Shown here one piece after another: positions 18,391 through 20,000 of a DNA stretch of 20,000 nucleotides. A program made the translations under genes and the position numbers. Under the pieces are notes generated by a model, which was given only the letters and a program-made list of their open reading frames with translations, made no database searches and was not told the origin of the DNA. Positions within the stretch are counted from its first letter, which is position 1. Each line of letters opens with the position of its first letter. Origin of the DNA: Spongospora subterranea f. sp. subterranea (Eukaryota); the NCBI GenBank assembly GCA_049724395.1, contig JAUGWO010000037.1:51485-71484 (forward strand). The letters are read 5' to 3'.

Positions 18391-20000
18391 CGTCGATGTG
18401 GCCGACTGAGATCGTATTCAGGCAGAGTATTCCAGAGTTATTTTCGTCAGTATGCTGAGGTCACAGGCGTTGGTTGAGTCTAGAATCCTGAAGCGCTGTT
18501 TATTTTAGTTTAAAGTTAAGTTTCGGTTCAGATTAGGACCGGAAGATTCTGTATAGAGAGTTATTTCTTCGATTGGCTTCATCAGCATATATGTCGCTAG
18601 ATCTCCCAGTTTTTGGGGGGCAAAACAGCTCTTGATCGTTCCATGGACCTGTTCAGAAACCCGACATCCTTTTCCCGAACAACCCATTGTTTACCGAACC
18701 GCTTCAACCATATCCTTTTGACGGTTCTGAAGCACGTTTTGCGTGTCTTCCTCTTTCAGATCCGAATGATTATCAACAACATGTTGAGAAGGTATTCAAA
18801 CGGTGCGCCAACTTAAACTTCTTGTGGGCAGTCTACTCTCTGACCGCACTTCATTGGTATTCCCCTTTGTTTGAGGCCAACAACGCGCTTGAATCACAAT
18901 CACGATTCGGCAACAGACTCCCTGTCCCGAACGCCGCTGCCAGACTGCAACGTTTGAGGCAAGGTCGACGACGCGCTTCGGCTTGGGCGTCGAAACGTGC
19001 TTCGATACTTTCGAAAACCGGGTCATCGGTCTCAAACAATGGTGAACCCAGTCAATTGCGGCGCCCTAGAGTAGAGTGCCCACGAGAACAACACTTTGTG
19101 TTCCGTTGAATACGCTCGAGGTTGTTGTTTATGAATTTGAGAATGAGGGTTTGACAAATATGAGAACGGTCATGCCAGAAGGGTGATATCGCCCAACATT
19201 CTTAAGGGGCTATATGAAGCTAAAATCAATACATAAAAGGAATAACGCAATCAAGAAACACAAAAGGATACATGTTTTCAAAATACCCAGACAATGAGCT
19301 ATGGACAGATGGACGTTTCAAACACGATGATCAGGGTGAAGATGCAGCAGCACTACCGATTGACAATCGCAAACTGAACGAGAGTATCGGAAACGAGAAA
19401 GAAGAGACGGAAACATCCGTCAACTAGGAATGGAAGAGACGTCCTCGTACGAATGGGATTAGACATTGCGGTTAATCAAGAATATTGGGGAACGAACATC
19501 CTCATTTTGACAGATTCCCTGTCATGGATAAACCAGCAAAACTTTATCATGGCCTCATGTGCTAAACTATTGGCAAAACTGACTAACGATAATCAGGAGA
19601 CTTACCAGATGTGGACACGAACGAAATCGTGAAATACCCAAGTATACTGTGAAACACCATTAAAATAGGCCATAGCGATAAAAATGACGAACTCACTAAA
19701 CAAGCTAAAAAAACAGGATTTGAATAGATTACGATAATTCTGATCGTTGTTAAAATTTTACTGCAATCCGGTCCTTTTTGTCCATCATAATACACACCTC
19801 TCCATTCTCGTTGTTCTCGCTCATCTCTATCTTTCGCACCATTCTCTCTTTCCTCTCTCCGCTCCGATTTGACCGAGCTCTGCAGACTAGAATGTGAATT
19901 GTAGATGAACTACTCACAAAGCCAGGGCTCGGCGAAGTGATGAACATCAGGTTCTGTTTATAAATCTCTATCAAACGCGTCCACCGTAGTGAGGTTCTGA

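Noticed and set aside
18505..20000. Several short ORFs (e.g. 18687..19109 +) and a weak KGY-like Copia integrase remnant near 19260
   Set aside because: No convincing motif series or splice model; left unannotated.

Overview
Eukaryotic genomic DNA with many short GT-AG introns (41-57 nt). It looks like a compact protist or fungus-like genome; a plasmodiophorid- or oomycete-like parasite is a guess, not shown. The window is gene-sparse and full of transposon relics. Host genes: (i) the 5' end of a secreted protein with a CxxC (possible RING start), running off the left edge and missed by the ORF track; (ii) a divergent 3-exon DUF924-like gene; (iii) a multi-exon sestrin (PA26 family); (iv) an orphan secreted protein made of two tandem ~300-aa units joined by KRK-rich linkers, each unit cut by a small frameshift just after the conserved domain. 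Between them lie a rearranged Ty1/Copia element, two pogo-type DDE transposase relics, a MULE transposase relic, Ty3/Gypsy and Copia fragments and a MITE-like element. The most unusual structures are two independent fold-backs of transposon coding sequence (182-bp arms in the Copia element, 117-bp arms in the MULE catalytic core), which could give hairpin RNA, and the cryptic tandem-domain secreted polyprotein.
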